Assembly: GCF_018977255.1 (NCBI RefSeq)
Contig: NW_024704742.1
Coordinates: 41,542,001-41,606,000, forward strand
DNA from: Callorhinchus milii
Lineage: Eukaryota
Reading direction: 5' to 3'
DNA: 64,000 nucleotides
In this document: positions 1 through 13,187 of the stretch, piece by piece
Position numbering within the stretch: position 1 is the stretch's first letter
Layout of the letters: each line of letters starts with the position of its first letter
Position numbers and translations under genes: made by a program
The notes under the pieces: model-generated
Database searches by the model: none
What the model was told of the DNA's origin: nothing
The model's input: only the letters and a program-made list of their open reading frames with translations

Positions 1-254
1 CAGTAAAATTGTTTAACTATAGCTGTGTGCTTACCAATATCGTAGTGTGTTAAATACACAGTGTTATATATCACAGAGTTTTACAGGAGAAAAAGTTTAT
101 GGGTCACTAGGCTAAGCTCACTTAGTCGATCTTTACTAGTACAGCAAAGGAGAACAAAATGTGTCCTTAATGACTAGGGATGGATGATTGCTCCTGGGTG
201 AAGTATTGACTACCATCTAATAGAACTGTGGGGAAAGTTAACTTGTGCCATGCT

Positions 255-640
255 CAATAATAATAATGCTTATATTTGGTATGGTGACTTTCACGTTGGG
301 AGCATGTCCCAAAGTATTTCACAACATATACTGTAAACTGTAGTGACTGTTTTCTTTTTTTGGGGGGGTAGGGGGGGGGTGGGGCATTGCTGGTTAGGAT
401 ACCAGGTGAAATTATTTTCTCTTTTCGAATAGTGCCGAATAGTGATTTTTAACGTCCCCCTGAACTAGCAGTTGGGACCTTGGATTTAACGTCTCATCTG
501 AAGGACGACACCTCTGACAATGAGGCACAACCTCAGCGCTGCACTGGAATGTCGGCTTAGACTATATGAGTTAGAAGTCCCAACATGAGGCTTCAACCCA
601 CAAACCTTCTGACTCAGAGGCAGGAATGGGCTCTACCAAG
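255..640 (-). mobile_element. Deu-domain tRNA-headed SINE (SacSINE1/AmnSINE-like), near full length
   Basis: (AAT)n tail at 255, Deu core 'tttaacgtctcatctgaaggacgacacctctgacaatg', head 'aacccacaaaccttctgactcagaggcagga'; homologous to copies at 37.0, 50.7 and 62.7 kb. Confidence 0.85.
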
Positions 641-741
641 AGTGGGAGAGGAGATTTTTTAAAAAAATAACAGTTGATTTCTCTTTTCCATTACTACTGC
701 TGAAAGTAAGCTCTTAAATCATACTTTCTGATATTTTTTGG

Positions 742-1040
742 TGAGTCCGAAACTAGAGGGAACACAATTTGTAAGATAGCTCATACTAAATCTAACAGGG
801 TGTTTCTTCTTCGCGTAGAGGGTGGTGAGAATGTCGAACTCACAGCCAGAAGCTGTGGTTGAAGAAAAAAAGGATTAATGTATTTCAGAGAACACTTGAT
901 GCATTCACGAGGAAGAAGGGAATAGAGGGGAATGGGAGGTGTGGGTGGAAGCTCGCGTGGAGTATAAACACTGGCAAGGTCTAGTTGGGGTGAATAGGCT
1001 GTGTTCGTGCCATATCACTCTGTGGAAATTTATGTAACTA
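742..1040 (+). mobile_element. CR1-clade LINE 3' end fragment
   Basis: 'aaactagaggg...ttcttcgcgtagagggtggtgagaatg...' ORF2 C-terminal remnant followed by CR1-type 3' UTR 'tagttggggtgaataggctgtgttcgtgc'. Confidence 0.75.
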
Positions 1041-1669
1041 ATGTGTTGCTAAACCAATACACAATGTTCCCAGAAGTACAAAGAGCAGGTGGAGAACAGC
1101 AGTGTCCGAGCTGATTTACTGCGTCACTAGTCTTGTTCTTTGGCAACCAGAGACAAGTGCCCTGGGATAACTGCTTGCCAATGCTAGGATCTTGCAAATG
1201 ATGCTGGGAATGTTTTGAAAAGTGTTAGACATAAAGTAGGAACACTGTTCTTCTTTTTACTGGGTGTGAACATTAATTTGCTTGATTTTTCTTCAGAACA
1301 CATGGCTTTATATGTTATACCATTGCTGCTGTTAAATTTGATTGTTGAACAATACAGACTAAATGCCTTTTTCTAATTTCCATGCACATTTAGCATTCTT
1401 TTATTAAAAATATATATTACTTCCCAAAATGCTGTGCAATATTTGTGAACATTCAATTGAGTGATTACAAACACTTTGAGGTCATCAACATCCTGGCAGT
1501 AGGGTGGAAAATTGAATTAAAAGGCAAAGAAATTCAACATAATTCCATCATTATTCCACCAAGATTTCAATTTACTAAGACAAGCCCAGGTATGGGCAGC
1601 AAAATGGCACAGCAAAGCCAAATGCTGGGGTTTTGTATTGCTATTTGGCCTATTCACTTTTAAGAAACC

Positions 1670-1975
1670 TAGGTCCAAAATTCCATTGAGTCTTAGATTA
1701 TTTTGTCTTAAAATTTAGGATTAAATTAATAGATAAATCTTTAATTTAGAGGTTCTATAAAATATAATACAATGCAAAATTACATTCTTATATAACACCT
1801 TTCGTGACAGGAAGCTGTCCCACTGCATTGGACAGTCAGGGATTTGAAATTTTATACAATTTTAAAAGGAGCTGGCTTCCAAATTAAGATCGAAATTTTT
1901 GAATTTTCCACAATTCTATTCGATATTAAATTTTAAGACAAAATAGTCTCATAGCCTAAGAATAGGTGGACTTCG
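1670..1975. mobile_element. Palindromic MITE-like relic
   Basis: 23-bp inverted repeat with 1 mismatch: 1695-1717 agattattttgtcttaaaattta / 1927-1949 taaattttaagacaaaatagtct; left end 'aaaattccattg' resembles termini at 20.45 and 61.08 kb. Confidence 0.5.
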
Positions 1976-4220
1976 TAGTTCATGTGTTCTTAAAATAGAA
2001 TCTGCGTCAATAATGCACAGTGACTTTCCAGCGCAAGTTTGTGACTGAATGCATTGACAAAGAGAGGGCTAAGAAAGAATTGAAGAATGGAAGAAAATGA
2101 AAGGGAACAAAAATTGGTGGATTATGTGCAAGTGTGTGTGTGTGTGTTTGTTGGGGGTGGGGGAAGGGGAGGGGGGTGAAAGAGGAAAGCAGAGAGAGAA
2201 AATCTGACCAAAGAGTTAAAAAGAACAATAGATTGTGAGGAAAATGGCTCAATAAGAAGCAATCCAACACAGAGAATGAGGTCAATTTAAAACCGGAACA
2301 AGAGAATCCAAATAAGAGGAAATGCAAATTACATTATTCATTTAATCATTAATTTTCTTAATCTTCACATTATCCACTTAATTTTCTTGCTCCACACACC
2401 ATAGAAGTTACTGTTGGTAACATTTGATAGTGGGTACTTATAAATGGGGAAATACGGAGAGGTACAGACACCTGGAAAACCATAGCTTATCTAGTCAGCC
2501 CCTTCCAGGGAGGAAGGAAGAAAAAGGGAGAACATTGGCAAATATAGCTTGTAAACCCTTTGTGAAACCTTGTTGCATCTGCCATTAAATTGCGTCAAAG
2601 TTGTGTTTTGTAATAAGTGGGGCAATGGTTCAGAACTCAATAAGATGGCAAATCTTATAACTGCAACAAACTGATCAAGAACATCAGAACAGTGTTTGAG
2701 GAATTGGGGAGATTCCACAAAGATCCATTTAATGGGAGAGATTAATTGTAAGGAGTAGGCATAATGATTTATTTCCCACAGTGATTCATAGGCAAATGTT
2801 ACAATGATAAAAATTATATTCCTTGGATTCAACATAGCTGCCTTCTCACATCATCGAGATGTCTCAAATATTCAGGAGAAGGAACTAACATTGTGGTGGG
2901 TAAGGTGTTCTATGATTCAGTGTAAACAAAACACATGAACTGCCGCGAACTGCAATGAAAAATGTATTTTTATTAAAATGTTCCAAGCACATTCCTAATC
3001 TATGAAGTGGTTATGATTGTGTCTGTGTAAATTGCCTCAATCAACTACAGTATTTTGCAAAATCCTCGATCAACAATAGAGTCACTTTAATCCATTGCGT
3101 CCTTCAGGCAGCTATAAGCCCAGTAGCCAAATGCTGACATGTTTAACATGATGCATTTCTTGAAATGTTAAATTGTTTCTAAATGGGAAGGGTGGCGATT
3201 ATGTAAGGTAGCTTAAAAAATGTTGCTAGATGTCTATAACATTAACATCTTATACAATATTGAGGAGAAATACCTCTTGTTGCTAAGTGCAGAAACAAGC
3301 AATGTATATTTATAATAGGATATTTCTATTATGAGCACAGATTGGAACTGTGACTACACGTACTGAGAGGAGAAATGTCTTACTTAATTGCTTTTTTATT
3401 TGTTGATTACTGACTACTCAATACTTATGAAATATGAGACTGAGTAAAAAATGGGGTTCGAATTTAACATAGATTTAGAATTTATTTAATTTGAGGCGAA
3501 GGGCATGGATAAGGTAGATGACATAATTATAAATAAAAATAGCCACAAAATAAAATTAACATCCCAGGTTATATAGTAGCTGATGTGGGAATGTGTATAT
3601 ATTTTTTAAAAATCTTAGGTGCTCACTGAACGAACCTCCCATTATTGCCCATCAAAAAACTGATGACCACGGCAAACTTCCTTTGTTATCAAGAACTTCC
3701 ACAAATAGTTGGATGTTCCTGCACAGAGTTATATCCTGGAGTTTGAGCACCAATGTTCATAACTGTGTCTTTCTCCCATTCAACAGTGATCCCTGTGGAT
3801 ATAACTAACAGTATCCAACAGTTATAACTACAGGTTCCCCTTGCACCTCCATTGAAGATGCACCTCACACAATATAACTTGATACAGTGTAACTCAGGCA
3901 TAAACCATTTCAAAGGGGAAGTGGAATAATTTCAGACTGCAACAAACAAAGTTTGATATAGGAAAAAGGTGAATGAATGTTGAAATATGAGCTAAATGAA
4001 GCAGCAGGGTTAATTGTTCTCTTTTACCATTTTGTCTTTTCCTTACTTTTGCCTGCTGAAGAAGTGTTGGGTATTAAATCCTTGGCGCTACATAGAAGCC
4101 GCTACATCATATGTGAGGATTGATTGATGGATTGATTGATTAATTGCATTTTGCAATACATTCAAAGACATTCCTTAAATAAGGATATAGAATGTGTTTA
4201 GGAAAACCACATCCCAATTT

Positions 4221-4450
4221 TATAATAATAATAATAAATAATAATAATTCTTGCATTTGATATAGCGCTTTTTCACGTCTTCTAGATGTCTCAAAGCGCT
4301 TCACAGAATAGACTGTAAAGTGAATTGACTGTATATTTGTGGGTGAAATGCGGCAGCCAATTGCGCACAGCAATGTCCCACAAACAGTCGTGAATTGAAG
4401 TGACCAATTTTATTATTGTTTTTTTGAAGGATTATTATCAGGCGTGTGGA
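4221..4450 (-). mobile_element. tRNA-Ala-type SINE, 3' two-thirds (short variant)
   Basis: (AAT)n + 'ttgcatttgatatagcgctttttcacgtc...cagccaattgcgcacagcaatgtcccacaaacag'; matches full copy at 30148. Confidence 0.85.
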
Positions 4451-4715
4451 CCCCAATGTTAGCTCAATAAATATTTTTGTTTCTGAATTTTACGAGCAAG
4501 ATCTACAGCACAAGTAAAATCTGCCCTCTGCCTATTTTTCATTGAAATGAGAGACAACCTGCAATCAATCAATTTGTTCAGTAGGATTAATGATATGAGT
4601 GGGTTATCTTGGACATCCATTGTCCAAAATGATCAGCTGCCATCTTATATATTTATCCATCTTTAGTTGATGTATCAGACAAAAATTAGAGAGATAGAAG
4701 AACCATGAGCAGCAT

Positions 4716-5703
4716 AAAATAATAATAACAATTTGGATTTATATAGCGCCCTCCACACCGGACAGCGTCTCAGAGCGCTTCACAGTAATGGATCCCAGGG
4801 CCGAGCCGGGGGAGGGGGAGGAAGGTGACCAAAGAAAAGAAAGGTGTTCAGCAGAGACCTGAAAATAGGAAGGGAAGGAGCGAGACGAAGGGAGTGAGGA
4901 AGGCAGTTCCAGAGCCTCAGGGCATAGTGGCTGAAGGCATGGCCGCCGAGGGTGGAGCGGAGGACTCTGGGGACGAGGAGGAGGCCAGACCCGGAGGAAC
5001 GAAGGCAACGGGTACTGTTTTGAGGAGTGAGGAAGTCAAAGAGGTAGGGGGGTGCAAAGGAGTGCAGGGACTTGAATACAAGGGTGAGGATCTTGAAGTC
5101 GATCCTCTCTGGGATAGGCAGACAGAGTCTGGCTGGCAAGGACTGGGGTGATCGGGGAGCGGAGTTTTGTGCGGGTGAGAATGCGGGCAGCAGAGTTTTG
5201 AATGATTTGGATTTTATGGATGGTAGTGGATGGGAGACCGGCGAGGAGGGCATTGGAGTAGTCCAGCCAAGAGGTGACAAAGGCATGGACCAGCGTTACA
5301 GCGGCTTTTGGGGAGAGATATTGGCGGAGACGGCGATGCATTGGAGATGGAAGAAAGCGGTGCTGGTGAGGGACTGGATGTGGGGGAGGAAGGATAATTG
5401 AGGGTTGAACCTGATGCCTAGGTTGCATATGGGTTCGGAGAGTTTTAGGGGGAGGTTGGGTAGGTGGAGGATGTGAGAGCTGTGAGATTTTAGACGTTGA
5501 CAAGAGCCAAAGGGTATGGCTTCCGTCTTGTCAATGTTCAGCTGAAGGAAATTCTTGCTCATCCGGCTCCTGAGGTCTGACAGGCAGGCTGACAGAACAT
5601 CAGGGGACTGGGGGTCGCAAAGAGAGGTGGAAAAATAGAGTTGGGTGTCATCTGCATACATGTGGAAGTGTACCCCATATCTATGGATGACGTCCCCAAG
5701 TGG
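4716..5703 (-). mobile_element. L2-clade LINE, 5'-truncated; frameshifted ORF2 RT and C-terminal remnant
   Basis: ORF 5296-5661 MYADDTQLYFS...[14 protein letters not shown]; continuation [21 protein letters not shown] and [23 protein letters not shown]...RLWNCLPHSLR; 3' tail at 4716-4790. Confidence 0.93.
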
Positions 5704-5822
5704 GTAATAATACTAATCCTTGCATTTGATAGAGCACCTCATCTAGTCTTCTCAATGTCTCAAAGTGCTTCACAAGATTTTATTGTGAAGTGTAGAGACT
5801 GCATATTTGTGAGTGAAATGTG
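5704..5822 (-). mobile_element. SINE 3' tail fragment
   Basis: 'taataatactaatccttgcatttgatagagcacc...caaagtgcttcacaag'. Confidence 0.75.
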
Positions 5823-6020
5823 AAATGGCTTTTTCACCCCATTAACCCTTCTCCTTTCAGTGGACCAAGTACAATTTGTCATGTCAGGAACCCTCTCTCA
5901 TTTATTGAAGGAGGTGAACAACCAAACGTAACACTTTCAAAATAAAGATTTTCTTGGGGAACTGAAGGCAATAAAGAGAAAACTCCAGGATACTGCATCA
6001 TGACATTGAACTCACAAGCT

Positions 6021-6337
6021 AAGCTGACACTCTAATACAGTCCTGGGGATTGCTGCATTGTTGGGGTTGTTGTTCTTCAAATGAGATGTCAAACCAAGGC
6101 CCTGTATGTCTGTTCAGATAGACTTCAAAGATCCTGTGGCACTATTCGAAGAGAAGACCAACAATCCCCAGAAAAAAATGATTGTTTGCAGGACACTGCT
6201 GTGTGCAAATTGTCTGCCACATTCACTAACAGAATACACAGCCAATACACTTTACAATAAATCCTGTGAAGCACTTTGAGAATTGCTCCGAAATGAAAAG
6301 GCGCTATACTGAATGTAAGGATTATTATTATTTTATT
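6021..6337 (+). mobile_element. Deu-domain SINE, 5'-degraded
   Basis: 'atgagatgtcaaaccaaggccctg...aaagatcctgtggcactattcgaagag' core; tail 'aaaggcgctatactgaatgtaaggattattatt'. Confidence 0.8.
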
Positions 6338-7870
6338 GTCTATGTCTATTCATATCCTTATACACTTAGCCTTTTCAGAAGTCTGTGATTTGCGGATAGG
6401 GAAATTCTGGAAATAACAACATATGGAAGACATGCAATTGTGTACGTTTTATTCTTCTCCAGGGAACAGTGCAGAAGCATGGGTCATAGAGTCAAGGGAA
6501 GAATTTTACATTTGGATAGATGCACAAATTCTCTGGGATAAATTTCTGGTTTAAAATGTTTGCAAAGGAATACTAGGATGTCATATAACGCAGTAGCTGG
6601 GGTATGTAAGTTGCAGATGTAGATATACTGAAGTGCAATCCAAGGTGGAACTACTGCTGCTTTCTGTTAGCCAGATACCTCACTCCTGTACCCATTGACC
6701 CAACATGTGCCAACATTGACAACTTACCATCTGGAGCAACTCCAAGTGTCAGTCGAAGCCAGGATTCAGGTTTATGCCTCCCAGTCTGTGACACAGTGCA
6801 TTGATGTCTTGGATCACTGGTCCAACACCATATGGTGTTTTGAATACTGATATAAAGCAATACTATTTTTGGCAAATATTGGACTGCTTTGGAGATTGAG
6901 AAACGTCATCAATTAAAACTCTTCACATATTGTGCATATTATAAGTGACTTATAAGTCTTATAACGGATTTGTGCTGAACCAAAGTCATATAGGTTCATG
7001 TCCCCCTTCCACTTGAGCAAATAGACAAAATCTACACCCAACAGCTGCTTAGTATGTGATTGATCCTTTACACATCTTAAATACAGAATTTTGTAACGTG
7101 ATCTTACAAACAAGACCTAAAACAAGTTATCAGAGCAAAAAGCCCTATTCCATACAGTGGATTTACTCACCAAGTTTATGCATTGAGGATTCTGTACCAG
7201 TTATACTTTTCCTGTAAGTCTACTTTTATCAATCTGCAATTCAGGTCAGGCTGACTTTGGTGCAGAATCCTTTTGTTCTCATTGATATGGCCATGAAACA
7301 TTACAGAGTTCCCTACCAACAGGGTTACTGTTTTGAAACTCTTTAGATACTGCATAAAAGCGCTTGAATGGGTCCCATCAGCCACTTTGGTATGGTTCAC
7401 AATACCATCATTGGAACAAAAATAGATCTTGTGTTTAGGAACAACAAACTCCAAATATGTTCACACAGAGGAAAAGCCCACCAGTAGTCTGCAAACAATC
7501 AATATGAAGATAACAATATTCAGTACTAATGCAGTCAAATTGCTCATCTTGTTATCTATTTTGTCGTTTGCAAGAAAGAAGATAAGCAACTGCACATGGC
7601 TTTAAAAATTGCTAACTCAAAACTATTTTTTAGTCTTAGGATTGGATGGCGAAGAAAATATTAAATTTAAATTATATTTTTAAAACGATTTCCAGCAAAA
7701 TGATGTGACTAAAGTTTACTACTTCACTTTTCATATTTTGATTGTCAGCAATATCAAAACTATTTTGTTACATGGGTAACAATACAAAATGTTCTTATGC
7801 GATCCTGATAAGTAGCATTTGATTGTTGACAACAATTATTGTAAGCAACGTTAGAAGGAAAACTGGAAAA

Positions 7871-8211
7871 TTAATAATAATAATCCTTGCATTTGATATA
7901 GCGCCTTATCACATCTTCAAGATGTCTCAAAGAGCTTCACAGAATATACCGTAAAGTGAATTGACTGTGTACTTTGTGGGAGAAAGTGGCAGCCGATTGT
8001 GCACAGAGGTGTCCCGCAATGGATTGAGTGACCAGATTTTTTTTTAAGGGATTATTACCCCCAGAAAAGTGATCCCCCAATCGACTAATAACCGGGTTCC
8101 TACTTACAGCTAGGTAAGGAAACTTGCCCAACTTTCCGCCCTTCCCAGGAATTGAACCCAGGTCCTCTCATTTGCAAGGCGAGTGCTCTAACCACTAAGC
8201 TACAGGACTCC
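7871..8211 (-). mobile_element. tRNA-Ala-headed SINE, full length (long variant)
   Basis: Minus-strand head ggagtcctgtagcttagtggttagagc (A box)...gggttcaattcc (B box); L2-type tail with (TTA)n. Confidence 0.9.
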
Positions 8212-8212
8212 C

Positions 8213-8530
8213 CTATCCTTGTGACAATTCATTAGATTTTACTCCTCTTGCTGACTGTCTGCTTAATGTTCCTTGTCCAATTCTCTCCACCCTCGGTGGG
8301 TGAGGATTCAGCCATTCTGCCCTGTTGTCTGGAATGGTGCTGAAGTCTCTCCATCTTGCACCTCCCTTCCTGCCATCAAAACCCACTGAAAGAATTATCT
8401 TTTCAACTGTACTTTCAGCCATTTCCCCCTTCTTCAGCTCCCTCTACCCACCCAAGCTCAAGTTCCCAGACAGTTGGATGAAGCACTTTGAGGTGCTCTT
8501 GCAATGTGAAAGGCGCTATATGTAAATTGT
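8213..8530 (+). mobile_element. L2 3' end, degraded
   Basis: 'ccaccctcggtgggtgaggattcagccattctgccc...tggaat'; tail 'aagcactttgagg...gaaaggcgctatatgtaaattgttgttg'. Confidence 0.75.
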
Positions 8531-8627
8531 TGTTGTTATTATTGTTATTATTATTATTGTTATTATTATATTATTATTGTTATTATTGTTATTATTATTA
8601 TTGTCATTAATATTATTATATTATTAT
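8527..8627. repeat. (TTA)n/(TTG)n microsatellite expanded from the L2 tail
   Basis: Directly visible. Confidence 0.9.
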
Positions 8628-8629
8628 GC

Positions 8630-8870
8630 TCCTCTCTGGAAGTCCATCCAGGAGTTCCTCCACTTTACTCTCTCCCTTCCTGCCTTCAAAATTCACCTAA
8701 AGACCTCTCTTTTTGACTGTGTTTTCAGCTACCTCCCCTAGTCAGCCGGGTGAAGCACATTATATATAATATAATAATCCTTGCATTTGATATGGCACTT
8801 TTAATGTCTTCTAGACGTCTCAAAGCTCTTCACAGAGTATACTCTAAAATGGAATGACTGTGTGTTTTGT
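8630..8870. mobile_element. Short L2 3' fragment (+) abutting a SINE tail (-)
   Basis: 'ccttcaaaattcacctaaagacctctctttttgactgtg' then 'aataatccttgcatttgatatggcac'. Confidence 0.65.
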
Positions 8871-9496
8871 TGTTACCCCATGCATCCTTCTCTAACTGGT
8901 AGATTTGTTTATTATCATTAATGTGTAATCAGCCAGACGGAAGTGTACTTCAGTCCGGCCTGGATTCAAACCTAGGTCCCAGAGATAAAGGACAAAGTGC
9001 TCGATTACTTTACCATTACATTTTTCCAATGGGCAAAACATATATTCACTTCAGGGCTTCCATGTCCATCAGGAGTTATGTATCTATATCATGTTACCTT
9101 TTAAATTATTAAGATGTTTTGGTGAAGTGACAAACATCATTGCAAATTCTGAAAGCCAACAATTGCCATTCTGAGAATCTGGCAAATCAAATAGCTTCTG
9201 ATATGCACAACCAGAAGCCACACATAATGCAATTAAGTGTTTCTTGGTGAATATTTGTGGATGGATTGCATTATCTATTGGGGATCATCATTTAAATGGT
9301 CTCTGCTGGTGTTGTGTTGTTGCCTTCTGATGGCTATAAGTTTATGTGTGTTTGAAAAGGAAAAATAAAAATAAACTGTCCAGACACACTGTAAATTTAT
9401 AACAGTCAATTTGTCCACCAGGTCCAGAACACAAAAGGATCATGAATCATCCATTTTTCTATTCTTTATTGAAATACTATAGGTAGACAGACAAGT

Positions 9497-9906
9497 ACAG
9501 CAACAACAACAACAAAATTACATTTGTAGAGGGGCTTTCATGTCGGGAGGATGTCCCAAAGCACTGAACAGTCATGTGTCGGGGCCCAAGCATGGGGGAG
9601 GAGGGGTGTAGGGGTGAGGGAAGGCAGAGAGGTGGGAGAGCGACCAAAGGCACGATCGAAGAGAAGGGTCTTGAGACCGGCCTTGAAGGAGGCAAGGGAG
9701 GAAACGAGGCGAAGGGACCGTGGAATGGAGCAGAGAGGCTGAAAACCCCGCCACTGATGGTAGAGCGGGTTGGGCGGAGACATGGAGCAGGCCGGAGCCC
9801 GCTGAACAGGGGGAGTGGGCAGGTTGGTAGGGAGTCAGCAGGTCAGAGAGGTAGGAGGGGGTAAGGTCATGGATGGCCTTGAAAGTGAGGATGAGAATCT
9901 TGAAGT
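9497..9906 (-). mobile_element. L2 3' end
   Basis: ORF remnants FKILILTFKAIHDLTPSYLSDLLTPY and SLRLVSSLASFKAGLKTLLFDRAF; (CAA)n tail. Confidence 0.9.
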
Positions 9907-10739
9907 AGGTAGTTAGGCAGGTAGGTAAGTAGTACATAAATAGACAGCAGAGAGATTGATTAATAAATAAATAAATAAATAAATAAGAAACGCCACTCAA
10001 ATGAAAGCAATTCCTTAAGTATTACCCCAAGGGCACAGCGATAAAAAAGCATAGTGTAAGGTCGGATTCTTGATATTTTAAAGCAAGTCCATAGTGTCTA
10101 ACAAAAGGGTACATCTCCTTAATGGGTTATGATGAATGTATTGGAGTTTGCTTTCCAGTGGACACTAACTGCAGTCTATTTTAGTATTTTATGTCAGTGA
10201 CTGGAATACATTATCAATACAATTTTCTTTGCAGGCTTTAAAGCTTAAAGAAAAACAGATTTGGGGTCATATTGAAAATATGTCAGTTTTTTTTGTAAAT
10301 ACCATGTGCTGTTGATCTTTGACAGTCAGTCACTGTGAATTCCAGAATAAAATTGATTGTAATTTTTCCATTACTCCTCCCACTCGCAAGAACTGTAGCA
10401 GTAGCTTACTGAAATCACATTTGCATTCCTCTGGAAACACGAATAGCATTATCCACTATAACATTAAGGTTGAGCCTTTATTTTTGTTAAAACCTCCCAG
10501 AAAGATAGCGATATGTATTTATTGATGGTAATATTTTTTAAACCCCTTGATGCCTTGCTTACTTAAGGTTGTCCAATTCCAATTTTTCTGATAATCCCTA
10601 AAATATCAAGAAAGGAGAGATCTTTATCACAGATTTTTCCTATTAATTGGGATACTGTTTCCTAATGCATTGCAGCTGTAATGGCAACATCTTTTTATTT
10701 TTAGTTGTATCACTTTAGTTCCTCAATGACCACAATTCT

Positions 10740-11143
10740 TGCCAGGCTCCACTGATTCCCGATTGCAGAATGAATCGATTTCAAGGTCCTCATACTCATG
10801 TACAAATCACTTCAAGCCCCCGCACCTTCCTATCTTTCTGATCTGCTCACGCCCGACTCTTCTGCTGCCTTTGTTCAGCTGGCTCCGACATCCCGTATAT
10901 TCCTTGTCCACTCCACTCTACCATCGGCGGCCGTACTTTCAGTCATTACATCTCAAAACTATGGAACTCTCTGCCTCAATCCCTCCTCCTTCCCTGTCTT
11001 CAGATCACACCTGAAAATCTTCCTCTTCGACCGTGCCTAAAGTCACCTCCCCCTCCCCTCAGCTTGGCATCAAGCTCCACCACTGTTAAGCACTTCGAGA
11101 CATTCCCCCGCATGAGGGACATTATATATATCAAGTTGTTGGT
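10740..11143 (+). mobile_element. L2 3' end
   Basis: MYKSLQAPAPSYLSDLLTP...FRSHLKIFLFDRA; tail 'gttaagcacttcgagac...caagttgttggtg'. Confidence 0.88.
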
Positions 11144-11199
11144 GTTCTGTTACATATCTGTAGGAGGTTCTTTACCTTTTGTTTCATGTACTATTTTCT

Positions 11200-12031
11200 T
11201 ATTGCAAACTTCCTGCAGCTGAATGTAGACAAGATGGAAGCCATTCTCCTTGGCTCCCGTCAACGTTTTTACTCCTGCGGATCTCAACTCCTCAACCTCC
11301 CTGGGCTCTCCCTCACAATAACCGAACCAGTGCGCAATCTAGGCATTCGGTTCGACCCCCAGTTGTCCTTCCTCCTCCACATCCGGTCCCTGACCAGGAT
11401 TGGCTTCCTCCACCTCTGCCACATTGCCCACCTCCGACCATACCTTACCCCAAATGCAGTCGAAACCCTCATGCATGTGCTTGTCACCTCCCGCCTGGGT
11501 TACTCAAACACACACCTCTCCGGTCTCCCCAGCTCCACTATTCAAAAGATTCGGCTGATTCAGAACTGTGCTGCCCATGTACTGACCCGGACTAAACTGC
11601 GTACCCACATCTCACAAGTTCTGGTCAGGCTCCACTGGCTCCCCATCACCGAACGGATTGACTTCAAGATCCTCACACTTGTGTTCAAATCCATTCACTC
11701 CCTGGCACCTCCCTACCTCTCCGACCTCCTCACTCCCCAATCCACCACCCAGTGCTTCCGTTCGACTGGCACTGCCCTCCTGCTCGTCCCTCTGCCCCGT
11801 CATCAGAAGTCGCACTTTCAGCCACTACCCCCTGAAACTCTGGAACACTCTCCCCCAATCCCTCTGCCTTGCCCCCTCTTTCAAGTCCCGCCTGAAAACC
11901 TTCCTCTTCGACTATGCTTATGGCCATCTTCCCACCCCACCGCCAGCTGAGAGTCAGACCCCACCACCGTTAAGCGCTCTGAGACATTACCCTGAATAGA
12001 GGTCACGGTACATGTGCAAGTTGTTGTTGTT
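11200..12031 (+). mobile_element. L2-clade LINE, 5'-truncated ORF2 C-terminus
   Basis: ORF 11186-11950 NFLQLNVDKMEAILLG...VRNLGIRFDPQLSF...[34 protein letters not shown]; (GTT)n tail. Confidence 0.93.
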
Positions 12032-12078
12032 ACTTCTATGCATTGACTAGATTCTTTATTCTATCTTGCCCCTCATTT

Positions 12079-12495
12079 TGTCAGCCTGGCTCAATCGGTA
12101 ATCACTCACACACTCTGAGTGTGAGCTCAATCCCCATGTTGGGATTTTGGGATTATAGTCTTCACTAACATTCTAGTGCAGTGCTGAGGGTGTGCTGCAT
12201 TATGAGAGATGCCATCCTTCAGTTGAGGTATTAAACCAAAGTCCCATCTGCATGTTTAGATGGACTTTAAGGATCCCATGACACTAATTCAAAAAGAGAA
12301 GAGAGTTTCTGCTGCTGTCCTATCAACTATCCTCCAATAAAATTGATCATTCACATTATGGCTATTTGTGGGATATTACTGTGCAGGTTATTACAATACA
12401 CAGTTATTACACTTTACAATAAGTCTTGTGAAGTGTTTTGAGATGTCTTGATGACGTGATAAAGCACAATATAAAATGCAAAGATTATTATAATA
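12079..12495 (+). mobile_element. Deu-domain SINE, full length, diverged
   Basis: Head tgtcagcctggctcaatcggta; core 'gtgcagtgctgagggtgtgctgcatt...gccatccttcagttgagg'; tail aaatgcaaagattattat. Confidence 0.85.
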
Positions 12496-12989
12496 AATAC
12501 GGTCATTGCGCTTTATAGTAAAAACTTTTTGATGACATAATAATGCGCTATATCAAATGAAAACATTATTAGTATTTTAATTAATGAAAAATGTTCGTCT
12601 ACATCAGGCAAATTTTGAGCTAATGTCATTGATATATTTTAAATATAAAATGTGCACCTTCAATCCTACCACTGTTTTGTATTTGACAATACACATTATA
12701 GTAATTTATGTAAAGATATATTTTGAGACATCTCACCAATATTATAAGGAAATATATATATCCAATGCAAGGCTTGTTATTGCAAGCACTTTAGAAATTC
12801 CCAACTCATTTTTACATACGTTCTGCTAAAGATAACATTTTAATTCTAAGCATGACATTTAATGTGTTTGTGATTCTACTGTTTAGAAAGTTAATTTTGT
12901 ATCCAGGGATTACAGTTCAAAAAGGCTCATGTTTTTTGTTGAACTTTGTTACAACGATTTTATAGCTTGGGGAGTGATTCCCAGTCAGC

Positions 12990-13187
12990 TGTGTGAAGTG
13001 CTTTGAATTATTTTCCTGGCGTGAAAGTATATGAATGTAAATTGTTGTAGTTGACTCTTCGACTGTTCTTACGGTCAACTCCCTCCTCCTTCTGGCTCGG
13101 TATTGTGCTCTGCCACTGTCAAGCGCTCCGAGACGCCGCTCTGTGTGAGGACGCTATATAAATGCCCATTATTGTTGTTGTTGTTGA
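12990..13187 (+). mobile_element. Two stacked L2 3' tails
   Basis: 'gtgaagtgctttg...gtaaattgttgtagttg' then 'ctcttcgactg...aagcgctccgagacg...gctatataaatg...(ttg)n'. Confidence 0.7.

Noticed and set aside
361..385. G-quadruplex-like G runs (also 2152-2177)
   Set aside because: Low-complexity expansions, the first inside a SINE; no evidence of function.
5296..5661. YADD reverse transcriptase as a retron, DGR or novel RT system
   Set aside because: The context is a frameshifted L2 LINE fragment with a typical 3' tail in eukaryotic DNA.
11186..11950. 254-aa ORF as a host gene
   Set aside because: It is the L2 ORF2 C-terminus, 5'-truncated and frameshifted near its end.
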